A DNA stretch of 13,347 bases. Source: Dehalococcoidia bacterium. Lineage in GTDB: Bacteria > Chloroflexota > Dehalococcoidia > Bin125. This document shows positions 1 to 8,555 of the stretch, one piece after another. Position 1 is the stretch's first letter. Each line of letters opens with the position of its first letter. The position numbers were made by a program, and so were the translations under genes. The stretch is from the NCBI GenBank assembly GCA_963663235.2, contig CAXXNO010000013.1, positions 1 to 13,347 on the forward strand, read 5' to 3'. Under the pieces are notes generated by a model. The model did not search any database. It was not told the origin of the DNA and saw only the letters and a list, made by a program, of their open reading frames with translations.

Positions 1-2
1 TC

Positions 3-464
3 ACGCGTCTGGTCCGGCTGTACGCCTACGATGACTGGGCCACCGACCGGGTGCTGCAAACGCTGCAAGCTATGAGCCATCCCGACCCATCGAGCGTGGC
101 GGCGTTCGCGCACATTCTGGGCGCCAAGCGGAACTGGCTGGACCGGATCCTGGGAAGTGAGCCCGACGACACGGCGGCGTGGCCGGAACTATCGCTAAAG
201 GAAAGCGAGAGCCAGCAGGCGGTGCTGAGCACGGAGTGGCAGGCGGTCCTGAGCGGCCTCAAGGCGGAGCAGTTGACGGCGGCGGTCACGTACGAGGGCG
301 GGGGTGGGCGCACGTTCCAGACGCCGCTGGGCGAGATCCTCACGCACGTGGCGAACCACTCGACCTACCACCGCGGGGAGATCATGGCGGCGGCCGGGCA
401 GGCGGGGGTAAAGGTTCCGAGCACGGATTACGTCATCTGGTGGAACAAGACGCAAAAGGGGTAG
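3..464 (+). CDS. DinB/YfiT-family putative metalloenzyme, 5' end outside the window
   Basis: The frame of ORF 51..464 is open back to the window edge (TRLVRLYAYDDWATDRVLQ), matching the DinB N-terminal 'Y-x-x-W-A' helix. It also has the metal-binding His set AHILGA and HVANHSTYHRGE. The listed start at 51 is internal. Confidence 0.85.
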   Translation, partial: TRLVRLYAYDDWATDRVLQTLQAMSHPDPSSVAAFAHILGAKRNWLDRILGSEPDDTAAWPELSLKESESQQAVLSTEWQAVLSGLKAEQLTAAVTYEGGGGRTFQTPLGEILTHVANHSTYHRGEIMAAAGQAGVKVPSTDYVIWWNKTQKG

Positions 465-566
465 GGAGCGGAAGCATCGGCGGCGGGGACGTCATTGAGC
501 ACCCATTGGGGGGTACCCTTGGGCGCACCGCCCGCCAGCCGGGCAGAGCAGGAAGCGGAGGCTGAG

Positions 567-857
567 ATGGCGGAACGGCGCAAGCTGAGCGAGACGGAGA
601 TCGAAGAACGGATCGCGACCGCGCCAGGCTGGCAGGTGGAAGAGGGCAAGCTGCGGCGCGCGTTCCAGTTCGACAATTTCGTAGAGGCATTCGGCTTCAT
701 GTCGTCCGTGGCGTTGCTGGCGGAGAAGATGGACCACCATCCGGAGTGGTTCAACGTGTACAACCGGGTGATCATCGATCTGAACACGCACGACGTGGGC
801 GGGCTCAGCGAGCTGGATTTCCAGCTGGCGGCGGCAATCAACGGCCTCTCCCGCTAG
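567..857 (+). CDS. phhB: Pterin-4-alpha-carbinolamine dehydratase (4a-hydroxytetrahydrobiopterin dehydratase), 96 aa
   Basis: Signatures [40 protein letters not shown]. The ATG at 567 has GGAGG at 557-561, so it is preferred over the TTG at 495. Confidence 0.93.
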   Translation: MAERRKLSETEIEERIATAPGWQVEEGKLRRAFQFDNFVEAFGFMSSVALLAEKMDHHPEWFNVYNRVIIDLNTHDVGGLSELDFQLAAAINGLSR

Positions 858-875
858 GAGGCGCCGAGACGACGC

Positions 876-1847
876 CTACAGCAGGGCGCGCAGCTGCTCG
901 CGAGTGATATTGGCCCCGGAGACCACCAGCACCACCTTGCGGCCGCGCAGGCGCTGCGCTTGCGAGAGCGCCGCGGCCGCCGGACAGGCGCCGGCGGGCT
1001 CGGCCAGGACGTGCGTCAACTCCAGCATGGTTGTCACCGCTGCGCCGATCTCACGATCGTCGACGAGGATGAAATCGTCGAGGCCGCGAGACAAGATGTC
1101 GAGCGTGAGGGCGAAGGCGGTGCCCGTGGCGACGCCGTCGGCGGAAGTGCGGTTGGGCCGTTGCACGATCCGGCCGGCGCGCCAGGAGTCGTGCACCGCG
1201 GGGGCCTGCTTGGACTGCGAGCCCCAGACCTCGGTCTTGGCAGCGAGGCCATCGCGGACGGTGATCCAGCCGCTGGCGCCGGAGCCACCACCGACCGGAA
1301 CGATGACGACATCGGTATCGGGCTGCTGCTGCTCGAGCACCTCCAGCGCGGCGGTACCGACCCCCGCAGTCAGATCGGGCTCGTTGGCGGCGTCGAGGTA
1401 GCGCATGCCGTGCTCGGCGGCGTACTCCTCAGCGTGCGCGCGGGCACCGTCGTAGGTTGCGCCGTGGTAGACGACCTGCGCGCCGAACCGGGCGATGTTG
1501 GCGGCCTTGTCAGGATTTGCGCCCTCCGGCACCACGATGGTGGCGCGGATATCGAGCAGTTGCGAGGCGAAGGCGACGGACTGGCCGTGATTGCCGGTGG
1601 AGGCGGTGACCACCCCCGTCCGGCGATGCTCCGGCGCCAGCCCGCTGATCAGGAAGAGGCCGCCGCGCACCTTGAAGGCGGCGATGGGCGTGGCGGTTTC
1701 CAGTTTGAGCGAGACGTGGGCATCGAGGCGCTCGGAGAGGCCCGGCGAGAAGATTAGCGGTGTGGGCAGGGAGAGATAAGGGGCGATGGTCTCCGCCGCG
1801 CGACGGACGTCGTCGATGGTGGGGGGTGGCCGGAGCTGTTCCGTCAT
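876..1847 (-). CDS. PLP-dependent serine/threonine dehydratase-family enzyme (fold type II, no ACT regulatory domain), 323 aa
   Basis: PLP lysine motif AFKVRGG, ASTGNHGQ, phosphate loop VPVGGGSG, EPAGA and C-terminal SGAN. The substrate cannot be assigned (TdcB, EutB, serine racemase and hydroxyaspartate lyase share this fold). Confidence 0.9.
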   Translation of the reverse strand: MTEQLRPPPTIDDVRRAAETIAPYLSLPTPLIFSPGLSERLDAHVSLKLETATPIAAFKVRGGLFLISGLAPEHRRTGVVTASTGNHGQSVAFASQLLDIRATIVVPEGANPDKAANIARFGAQVVYHGATYDGARAHAEEYAAEHGMRYLDAANEPDLTAGVGTAALEVLEQQQPDTDVVIVPVGGGSGASGWITVRDGLAAKTEVWGSQSKQAPAVHDSWRAGRIVQRPNRTSADGVATGTAFALTLDILSRGLDDFILVDDREIGAAVTTMLELTHVLAEPAGACPAAAALSQAQRLRGRKVVLVVSGANITREQLRALL

Positions 1848-1854
1848 CGGCCTG

Positions 1855-1860
1855 AGTCTA
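1855..1860 (-). promoter_or_regulatory. Putative -10 box (TAGACT) for a leaderless dehydratase mRNA
   Basis: TANNNT hexamer 7 nt upstream of the ATG at 1847 with no Shine-Dalgarno sequence. It overlaps the TAG stop of the SRAP remnant. Confidence 0.55.
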
Positions 1861-2040
1861 GCCGAACGGCTCTAGGGCAGGGGCGAGGCATTGCGAGTTA
1901 TCGAACGTCACCGAGTTGACCCGGCGCCACGTTGTAGCGGGCGCGGTAGCGCTGCTGGAGAAGGGCATCGGCGGCGACGGCGATCTCGCGGGCTTTAGTT
2001 GAAGGAATTCACGACGCGTCAGAGTGAAGCGAGCGCACAC
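1858..2040 (-). pseudogene. Internally deleted, frameshifted remnant of a SOS response-associated peptidase (SRAP/YedK/HMCES abasic-site protection protein)
   Basis: GTG at 2040 gives (M)CARFTLT, the SRAP N-terminus MCGRF. A shifted frame gives RYNVAPGQ at 1939-1916 (SRAP RYNxAP motif). The original frame ends RRVNSVTFDNSQCLAP, resembling the SRAP C-terminal VNSxxNDxxxCI-P motif. It spans only 183 nt, against roughly 220 aa for an intact protein. Confidence 0.8.
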
Positions 2041-2046
2041 GGCGGC

Positions 2047-2052
2047 AGTGTA
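2047..2052 (-). promoter_or_regulatory. Putative -10 box (TACACT) for the leaderless SRAP remnant
   Basis: TACACT-gccgcc-GTG: a near-consensus -10 hexamer 6 nt upstream of the GTG start at 2040, with no SD. Confidence 0.55.
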
Positions 2053-2077
2053 CGGGGCACCGTGAAGCGCGGCTAGG

Positions 2078-3049
2078 TCAGGCAGGGGACGCGCGGAGGA
2101 AGGCCTCGACCTCTGCGCGGGCGGGCATGGCCTCGGCAGCGCCCGAGCGAGCGACGCAGATGGCCGCCGCGGCCATGGCGAAGGGGACGGCATCGGTGAG
2201 GGGGCGGCCCTCGGCCAGAGCCACCGCGAGCGCGCCGTTGAAGGCGTCACCGGCCGCGAGGGTGGACAGCGCCTCAATGGAGAAGGCGGGAACGAACCCA
2301 GCCGCGCCGTCGGCATCGACGTAGGCGCCCGCCGCGCCCATCGTCACGATCACCGCGCCCGCGCCGAGTGAGCGGAGAGCGGCGGCGGCGGTGGCGGCGG
2401 AATCGGGGCCGGTGACGGGAACGCCGGTCATCGTCTCCGCCTCGCGCTGGTTGGGCGTGAGGACGTCGACGTGGCGGAGAAAGTCGCGGGGGAGCGGGCG
2501 GACAGGAGCCGGGTCCAGGATCACGATCACCCCACGGTCGCGCGCCGCCTGTATGCAGGCAGCGGTGACAGCGACGGGGATCTCCAGTTGTGTGAGGAGC
2601 ACGGCCGCACCGTCCAGCAACTCTGTGGCCGCCCGGACTTGGTGTGCGTCGCAGGCGGCGTTGGCGCCGTAGACGGCGGTGATGTAGTTCTCGCGGTCCG
2701 CGTCGATGAGGATGGAGGCGACCCCGGTGGTGGCGTCGGGGTCGACGACGACGGCATCGCGGCCGACGCCGGCCTCATCCAGACCGGCCAAGAGGTCGCG
2801 GCCAAACCAGTCGTCGCCGACGCGGCCGACGATGTGCACCGGCGTTGGGGAGCCGGGGGGCGCGGCGCAGAGGCGCGCCGCCGCCACGGCCTGGTTCGCA
2901 CCCTTGCCGCCGCGCGCGGTGGCGAAGCGCCGGCCCTCGACGGTCTCGCCCGGGTGCGGCAAGCGGTCGACATCGACGACGAGATCAAGGTTGAGGCTGC
3001 CCACCACCACGATGCGTCCCGAGCCGGGCGTGTCCATCATCCGCGCCAC
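2078..3049 (-). CDS. rbsK: Ribokinase (PfkB family)
   Basis: VVGSLNLD, GGKGANQAVAAARL, VGDDWFG, TPNQREA and anion-hole/catalytic AAGDAFNGAL motifs. The start could be GTG 3049, ATG 3040 or ATG 3037. Confidence 0.9.
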   Translation of the reverse strand: MARMMDTPGSGRIVVVGSLNLDLVVDVDRLPHPGETVEGRRFATARGGKGANQAVAAARLCAAPPGSPTPVHIVGRVGDDWFGRDLLAGLDEAGVGRDAVVVDPDATTGVASILIDADRENYITAVYGANAACDAHQVRAATELLDGAAVLLTQLEIPVAVTAACIQAARDRGVIVILDPAPVRPLPRDFLRHVDVLTPNQREAETMTGVPVTGPDSAATAAAALRSLGAGAVIVTMGAAGAYVDADGAAGFVPAFSIEALSTLAAGDAFNGALAVALAEGRPLTDAVPFAMAAAAICVARSGAAEAMPARAEVEAFLRASPA

Positions 3050-3059
3050 CGCCGTCGCC

Positions 3060-3066
3060 TACACTA
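3060..3066. promoter_or_regulatory. Putative bidirectional -10 element TACACTA between rbsK and P450
   Basis: TACACT on + (3060-3065) and TAGTGT on - (3066-3061) within a ~40 bp divergent gap. GGAGG at 3074-3078 precedes the P450 start. Confidence 0.5.
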
Positions 3067-3095
3067 ACCGCAGGGAGGGTACAGGGTTGGTGGCG

Positions 3096-4301
3096 ATGAA
3101 CCCGCTCGATCCGGCTTTCCTCGCGGATCCGTACCCGACCTACGCAGCACTGCGCGCGCAGGACCCAGTGCACCAGAACCCCATGCTGCAAGGTTGGGTC
3201 CTCACCCGCTACGACGACTGCATCCAAACGCTGCGCGACCATGAGACCTACTCGTCCGACGCGCGACAAGGGGCGAGCGCGCTGGTGCGCCTGCGCGTGC
3301 AGCAGCGGGCCGACATGCAGATGGATGCGGCCACCGTGCTGACGAGCGATCCGCCGGTCCACACACATCTGCGGGCGCTGGTCAGCAAGGCGTTCACACC
3401 GGCACGGGTGGAGGGGATGCGGGGGCATATCGAGGAAGTAACGGAGTCGCTGCTGGACGAGGCGGGGGAAACGTTCGACGTGATCGAGGGGCTGGCGCAG
3501 CCCCTGCCGATCATCGTGATCGCGGAGATGCTGGGGGTCCCGCCGGAGGATCGAGACACCTTCAAGCGCTGGTCGACATCGATCGCGGCGCTGACGAACC
3601 CGATGATCTCGCCGCAGTTGTTGGCCGAAGTGCAGCGGGTGCGCGACGAGCTAGGCGACTACATCGGGCAGGTAGTGGAGGAGCGGCGTCGAGCGCCGCG
3701 GGAGGACCTGATCAGCGCGCTGGTGGAGGCCGAGGAGGAGGGAAACGTCCTCTCCATCGAGGAGCTGTTCGGGTTCGTCGTGCTGTTGCTGGCAGCGGGG
3801 AACGAGACGACCACGAACTTGATCGGGAACGGGACGCTGGCGCTGATGCAAAACCCGGAGCAGGCGGCGCTGCTGCGGGAGGAGCCGTCGCTGGTGGTGG
3901 GCGGCATCGAGGAGTTGCTGCGGTACGACAGCCCAGTGCAGACGACGATCCGGTTCGCGCTGACGGAGACGGAGATCGGGGGCCGGCGCATCGCGAAGGG
4001 CGACTCGGTGCTCGCGATGCTGGGAGCGGCGAACCGCGATCCGGCGCACTTCGTGGAGCCCGACCGCCTGGACGTGCGACGGGAAGAGAACCGGCACATC
4101 GCGTTCGGGCTGGGGATCCACCACTGCCTGGGCGCGCCGCTGGCGCGGCTGGAGGCGGAGGTGGCGTTCCGGGCGCTGCTGCGCCGGTTCGAGGAGCTTG
4201 CGCCGGCGGAGGAAGCGCCGGAGCGGGGCGGAACGTTCGCGCTGCGGGGTCTGCGGCGGCTGTCGCTGCGCTGTGGGGCATCGACAGGGGAGCCGGCATG
4301 A
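3096..4301 (+). CDS. Cytochrome P450, about 401 aa
   Basis: N-terminal DPYPTYAALR, I-helix AAGNETT, K-helix EELLRYDSPVQ (ExxR) and heme motif FGLGIHHCLGAPLARLE. The start is ATG 3096 or the in-frame TTG 3087/GTG 3090, which are better spaced from the SD. The 2706 extension overlaps rbsK and is not real. Confidence 0.95.
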   Translation: MNPLDPAFLADPYPTYAALRAQDPVHQNPMLQGWVLTRYDDCIQTLRDHETYSSDARQGASALVRLRVQQRADMQMDAATVLTSDPPVHTHLRALVSKAFTPARVEGMRGHIEEVTESLLDEAGETFDVIEGLAQPLPIIVIAEMLGVPPEDRDTFKRWSTSIAALTNPMISPQLLAEVQRVRDELGDYIGQVVEERRRAPREDLISALVEAEEEGNVLSIEELFGFVVLLLAAGNETTTNLIGNGTLALMQNPEQAALLREEPSLVVGGIEELLRYDSPVQTTIRFALTETEIGGRRIAKGDSVLAMLGAANRDPAHFVEPDRLDVRREENRHIAFGLGIHHCLGAPLARLEAEVAFRALLRRFEELAPAEEAPERGGTFALRGLRRLSLRCGASTGEPA

Positions 4302-7300
4302 CGGAGCCGGCGGCGGCGTTTCACCCGGCGGTGCGGGCGTGGTTCGAACGGCGGTTCGCCGCGCCGACCGATGCGCAGTCCGCCGGCTGGCCCGCGATCC
4401 GCAGCGGGCGGGACACGCTCATCGCCGCGCCGACGGGGTCCGGGAAGACGCTGGCGGCGTTCCTGGCGGGAATCGACAGCCTCATCCGCAAAGGCGAAGA
4501 GGCCCCGCTGGACGACGCGGTGGAGATCCTCTACGTGTCACCGCTGCGGGCGCTGGGCAACGATATCCATCGCAACCTGGAAGAGCCGCTGGCCGAGATC
4601 CGCGAGGTGGCGGCCGGGCTGGGAATGGAGCTGCCGGAGATCCGGGTGGCGGTGCGGAGCGGCGACACGTCGCCGTCGGAGCGGCAAGCGTTGAACCGGC
4701 GTCCGCCGCACATCCTGATCACCACGCCGGAGTCGCTGTACCTCATGCTCAGCGCGGAGCGGAGCCGAGAGACGCTGCGCCGGGTGCGCACAGTGATCGT
4801 GGACGAGATCCACGCGCTGGCGCCCAACCGCCGGGGGAGCCACCTGACGCTCTCGCTGGCGCGGCTGGACCACGTGGCCGAGGAGCGGCCGACGCGGATC
4901 GGGCTGTCGGCGACGCAAAATCCGGTGGACGAGATCGCGCGGTTCCTGGTGGGGAGCGCGCGGATCGACGGCGCGGGCCGGCCGGACTGTGCGATCGTCG
5001 ACCTGGGACACCAACGAGACCTGGATGTGGCGATCGACGTGCCGCCGTCCGAACTGGAAGCGGTGGCGTCGCATGCACAGTGGGGGGAGATCTACGACCG
5101 TCTGGCGACGCTGATCGGGACGCATCGGACGACGCTGATCTTCGTGAACACGCGAGCGCTGGCCGAACGGGTATCGCACCGGCTGGCCGAGCGCGTGGGC
5201 GCCGAGCACGTGGCCGGGCACCACGGGAGCCTGTCCAAGGAGCGACGACAGAGTCTGGAGGAGCGGCTGCGGGGGGGCACCCTGCGGGCGCTGGTGACCA
5301 CATCGGCGCTGGAGTTGGGGATCGACATTGGAGCGATCGACCTGGTGTGCCAGGTGGGGTCGCCGCGGCGGATCAGCACGTTCCTGCAGCGGGTGGGGCG
5401 ATCGGGGCACGCGCTGGGGCTGCGGCCGTGCGGCCGGCTGTTCCCCACCACGCGCGATGAGCTGGTGGAGGGCGCAGCGCTGGTGCGGGCGGTGCGAGCG
5501 GGGCGGCTGGACCGGATCGAGGTGATGGAAGGACCGCTGGACGTGCTGGCGCAGCAGGCGGTGGCCGAGTGCGCCTGCGAGCCCTGGCGCGCGGACGACC
5601 TCTACGCGCTGGCGCGGGGAGCGATGCCGTACCGGTCGCTGAGCCGCACGGATTTCGACGAGGTCGTGGCGGCCTTGAGCGAGGGGATCGGAGAGGGGGG
5701 CGGGGCCGCGCCGCCGCTGCTGCATCACGACCGGATCAACGGCGTCCTGCGGGGGCGTCGCGCTGCGCGGCTGACGGCGCTCACCAACGGCGGCGTGATC
5801 CCGGAGACGGGCGACTATCGGGTGCTGGCGGAGCCGGACGGCACGTTCATCGGATCGGTGAACGAGGACTTCGCCATCGAGAGCCAAGCCGGTGACATCT
5901 TCCTGTTGGGCAGCACGTCCTGGCGGATCCGCAAAGTAGAGTCGGGCATCGTGCGGGTGGAAGACGCACGCGGAGCGCCGCCGACGATCCCGTTCTGGTT
6001 CGGCGAGGCGCCGGGGCGATCGGTCGAGCTGTCCGAGGAGGTGGGGAAGCTGCGCCGGGAGATCGTCGCCGGGCTCGGGGAGGTAGCGGCGCTACGAGAG
6101 CGGCTGCGGGACGAGGCAGGGCTGGACGAGTCGGGGGCGGCGCAGGTGGTCGATTACGTGCGCGTGACGCAAGAGGCGCTCGGGATCGTGCCGTCGGACA
6201 GGGACGTGGTGTTCGAGCGGTTCTTCGACGAAGCCGGGGGGATGCAGCTGGTGATACACGCGCCGTTCGGCTCGCGGATCACGCGGGCCTGGGGGCTGGC
6301 GCTGCGCAAGCGGTTCTGCGTGCGATTCGACTTCGAGCTGCAAGCGGCGGCCAACGAGGACGCGATCCTGCTCTCCCTGGGGCCGCAGCAGAGCTTCCCG
6401 CTGGACGAGGCGTTCGGCTACGTGCGGCCCGGGAACGTGGAGGAGGCGCTCTCGCAGGCGGTGCTGGCCGCGCCGCTGTTCAACACGCGCTGGAGGTGGA
6501 ACGCCACGCGGGCGCTGGCCGTGCCGCGACAGCGGGGCGGCAAGAAAGTCCCACCGCCGATCCAGCGGATGCGATCGGACGACCTGCTGGCCGCCGTGTT
6601 TCCTCGGATCGTGGCCTGTCAGGAGAACGTCACCGGGCCGGTGGACATTCCCGACCACCCGCTGGTGCGGCAGACAGTGCAGGACTGCCTGCACGAAGCG
6701 ATGGACCTGGACGGACTGCAGGAGGTGCTGGGCCGTATCGAGGCGGGCGAGGTGCGGCTGCACGCGCGCGACACCACCGAACCCTCGCCGATGACGCACG
6801 AGATCCTGGGTGCGAAGCCGTACGCCTACCTGGACGACGCGCCGCTGGAAGAGCGACGCGCCCGCGCCATCATGCTGCGGCGGTCGTTGCCGGAGCACGC
6901 GCGCGACCTGGGGGCGCTGGACGCCGACGCGATCGAGCGGGTGCGGGAGGAGGCGCGGCCCGATCCGCGCGATCGAGAGGAGACGCACGAGGCGCTGCTG
7001 GGGCTGGTGGCGGCCAGCGACCGCGTGGCCGGCGAATGGCGGGCGTGGCTGGAGGAGCTCGTTGCGGAGGGGCGGGTCGCCGTCGCGGTGACGCCGGCAG
7101 GGCGGGTGTGGCTCGCCGCGGAGAACGTGCGGCTGGTGGAGCTGCTGTACGCCGAGGCAAGCATCGAGCCGGCGGTGCGGCTGCCGGAGGGAGTCGCGGT
7201 AGAGGTGGCGGATCGGGAGGCGGCGCGGCTGCGGCTGCTGCGCGGACACACGGAGACCTGCGGCCCGACCAGCGCCGCCGGGCTGGCGGAGCGGACGGGG

Positions 7301-8545
7301 CTGGAGGAAGGGGACATCGGGCGCGGGCTGCTGCAGGTAGAAGCGGAGGGCTACATCCTGCGCGGCCGCTTCAGCGGCAGCGGAGCGGACGGCATCGACG
7401 AGTTCTGCGACCGGCGGCTGCTGGCGCGGATCCATCGCTACACGCTGGAGCGGCTGCGGCGGGAGATCGACCCGGTATCGGCGCAGGACTACATGCGGTT
7501 CCTGCTGCGGTGGCAGCACCTCACGCCCGACACGCGGCTGCAGGGCAAAGGCGGTCTGCGCCAAGCGCTGCGCCAGTTGCAGGGGTTCGAAGCGCCCGCC
7601 GCCGCCTGGGAGCGGGAGATCCTGCCGGCGCGGATCGGCGCCTACCAGCCGGGATGGCTGGACGAGCTATGCCTTGCGGGCGAAGCGACCTGGGCGCGGC
7701 TCACCCCGAAGCGCAGCGAGGGCAACGGCAGCGCGCTGGCACCGTCGAAAGCGACGCCGATCACGATCGCGCTGCGGAGCGACTTCCCGCTGCTGCTGGC
7801 CGCCGTGCGCGGCGAGGAAGCGCCACCGGAACCGACGGGCGGGGCGAGTCGAGAAGTGCTGGCGCTGCTGCGGACCAATGGCGCCCTGTTCTTCGACGAG
7901 ATCGTGGCGGAGACGCGGCGGCTGCCAACGGACGTCGAAGGCGGGCTGCGCGAGCTGGTAGCGCGTGGGCTGGTGAACGCGGACGGGTTCCAAGGGCTGC
8001 GGCGGCTGGCCGGAGGCCGGTCGCGGCCGCAACGGCGGCGGCCCGCGTTCGGACCGGGCGGCGCGTACCTGGGCGGCGGGCCGGCCGGTCGCTGGGCGGT
8101 GACACCGCAGGTGCAGGAGCCGCCGTGCGAGTCGATCGAAGAGCTGGCAGAGGGTGTGGCCACGATCCTACTGGCGCGGTACGGCGTGCTATTCCGAGAC
8201 CTGCAGACGCGGGAGAGCATGACCCTGCCCTGGCGCGAGATCGTGAGGGCGCTGCGGCGTCTGGAGGCGCGCGGTGAGGTGCGGGGCGGGCGCTTCGTGA
8301 GCGGGTTCGCGGGCGAGCAGTACGCGCTGCCGGAGGCGGTGGAAGCGCTGCGGGCCGTGCGTCGCCGGGAGCGGAGCGGCGAGCGGGTGCGGGTGAGCGC
8401 GGTCGACCCGCTGAACCTGGTGGGGGTGGTGCTGCCGGGGGAGAAGGTCGCGGCGCGGCTGGGGACGACGATCACACTGGAGGACGGGGCGGTCGGGGGC
8501 GAAGGGGAGCCCGAAGCCACGCTGCCCCTGGTCGCGGTCGACTAG
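4298..8545 (+). CDS. lhr: Lhr-family SF2 DEAD/DEAH-box helicase, full-length form with C-terminal winged-helix/AlkZ-like region, 1415 aa
   Basis: APTGSGKT, YVSPLRALGND, TTPESL, DEIH, GLSAT, HHGSLS, LELGIDIG, QRVGRSGH, Lhr-specific PLDVLAQQ and PFWFGE, and C-terminal GEVRGGRFVSGFAGEQYALPEAV. SD GGGGAG at 4287-4292; ATGA overlap with the P450 stop. Confidence 0.93.
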   Translation: MTEPAAAFHPAVRAWFERRFAAPTDAQSAGWPAIRSGRDTLIAAPTGSGKTLAAFLAGIDSLIRKGEEAPLDDAVEILYVSPLRALGNDIHRNLEEPLAEIREVAAGLGMELPEIRVAVRSGDTSPSERQALNRRPPHILITTPESLYLMLSAERSRETLRRVRTVIVDEIHALAPNRRGSHLTLSLARLDHVAEERPTRIGLSATQNPVDEIARFLVGSARIDGAGRPDCAIVDLGHQRDLDVAIDVPPSELEAVASHAQWGEIYDRLATLIGTHRTTLIFVNTRALAERVSHRLAERVGAEHVAGHHGSLSKERRQSLEERLRGGTLRALVTTSALELGIDIGAIDLVCQVGSPRRISTFLQRVGRSGHALGLRPCGRLFPTTRDELVEGAALVRAVRAGRLDRIEVMEGPLDVLAQQAVAECACEPWRADDLYALARGAMPYRSLSRTDFDEVVAALSEGIGEGGGAAPPLLHHDRINGVLRGRRAARLTALTNGGVIPETGDYRVLAEPDGTFIGSVNEDFAIESQAGDIFLLGSTSWRIRKVESGIVRVEDARGAPPTIPFWFGEAPGRSVELSEEVGKLRREIVAGLGEVAALRERLRDEAGLDESGAAQVVDYVRVTQEALGIVPSDRDVVFERFFDEAGGMQLVIHAPFGSRITRAWGLALRKRFCVRFDFELQAAANEDAILLSLGPQQSFPLDEAFGYVRPGNVEEALSQAVLAAPLFNTRWRWNATRALAVPRQRGGKKVPPPIQRMRSDDLLAAVFPRIVACQENVTGPVDIPDHPLVRQTVQDCLHEAMDLDGLQEVLGRIEAGEVRLHARDTTEPSPMTHEILGAKPYAYLDDAPLEERRARAIMLRRSLPEHARDLGALDADAIERVREEARPDPRDREETHEALLGLVAASDRVAGEWRAWLEELVAEGRVAVAVTPAGRVWLAAENVRLVELLYAEASIEPAVRLPEGVAVEVADREAARLRLLRGHTETCGPTSAAGLAERTGLEEGDIGRGLLQVEAEGYILRGRFSGSGADGIDEFCDRRLLARIHRYTLERLRREIDPVSAQDYMRFLLRWQHLTPDTRLQGKGGLRQALRQLQGFEAPAAAWEREILPARIGAYQPGWLDELCLAGEATWARLTPKRSEGNGSALAPSKATPITIALRSDFPLLLAAVRGEEAPPEPTGGASREVLALLRTNGALFFDEIVAETRRLPTDVEGGLRELVARGLVNADGFQGLRRLAGGRSRPQRRRPAFGPGGAYLGGGPAGRWAVTPQVQEPPCESIEELAEGVATILLARYGVLFRDLQTRESMTLPWREIVRALRRLEARGEVRGGRFVSGFAGEQYALPEAVEALRAVRRRERSGERVRVSAVDPLNLVGVVLPGEKVAARLGTTITLEDGAVGGEGEPEATLPLVAVD

Positions 8546-8555
8546 AAGCCTCCGA

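Noticed and set aside
495-545. Operator or promoter upstream of phhB (GGGTACCC palindrome, TACCCT at 514-519, small GCCCG/CGGGC hairpin)
   Set aside because: The elements are short and plausible by chance, and TTGAGC at 495-500 is only 13 nt from the -10 candidate.
858-875. Bidirectional terminator between phhB and the dehydratase
   Set aside because: Only a 4-bp GGCG/CGCC stem with no U-tract on either strand.
1848-2077. Riboswitch or ncRNA leader upstream of the dehydratase
   Set aside because: I recognised no aptamer motif or terminator, and the sequence is explained by SRAP coding remnants.
2706-3095. N-terminal extension or fusion on the P450 (531 aa ORF)
   Set aside because: It is antisense to rbsK and low-complexity. 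P450 homology and the SD both begin near 3087-3096.
6496-8277. 593-aa alternative-frame ORF inside lhr, plus antisense ORFs such as 6092-7564, 4538-5887 and 12139-13248
   Set aside because: These are compositionally biased shadow ORFs with no family motifs, expected from stop-codon scarcity in high-GC coding DNA.
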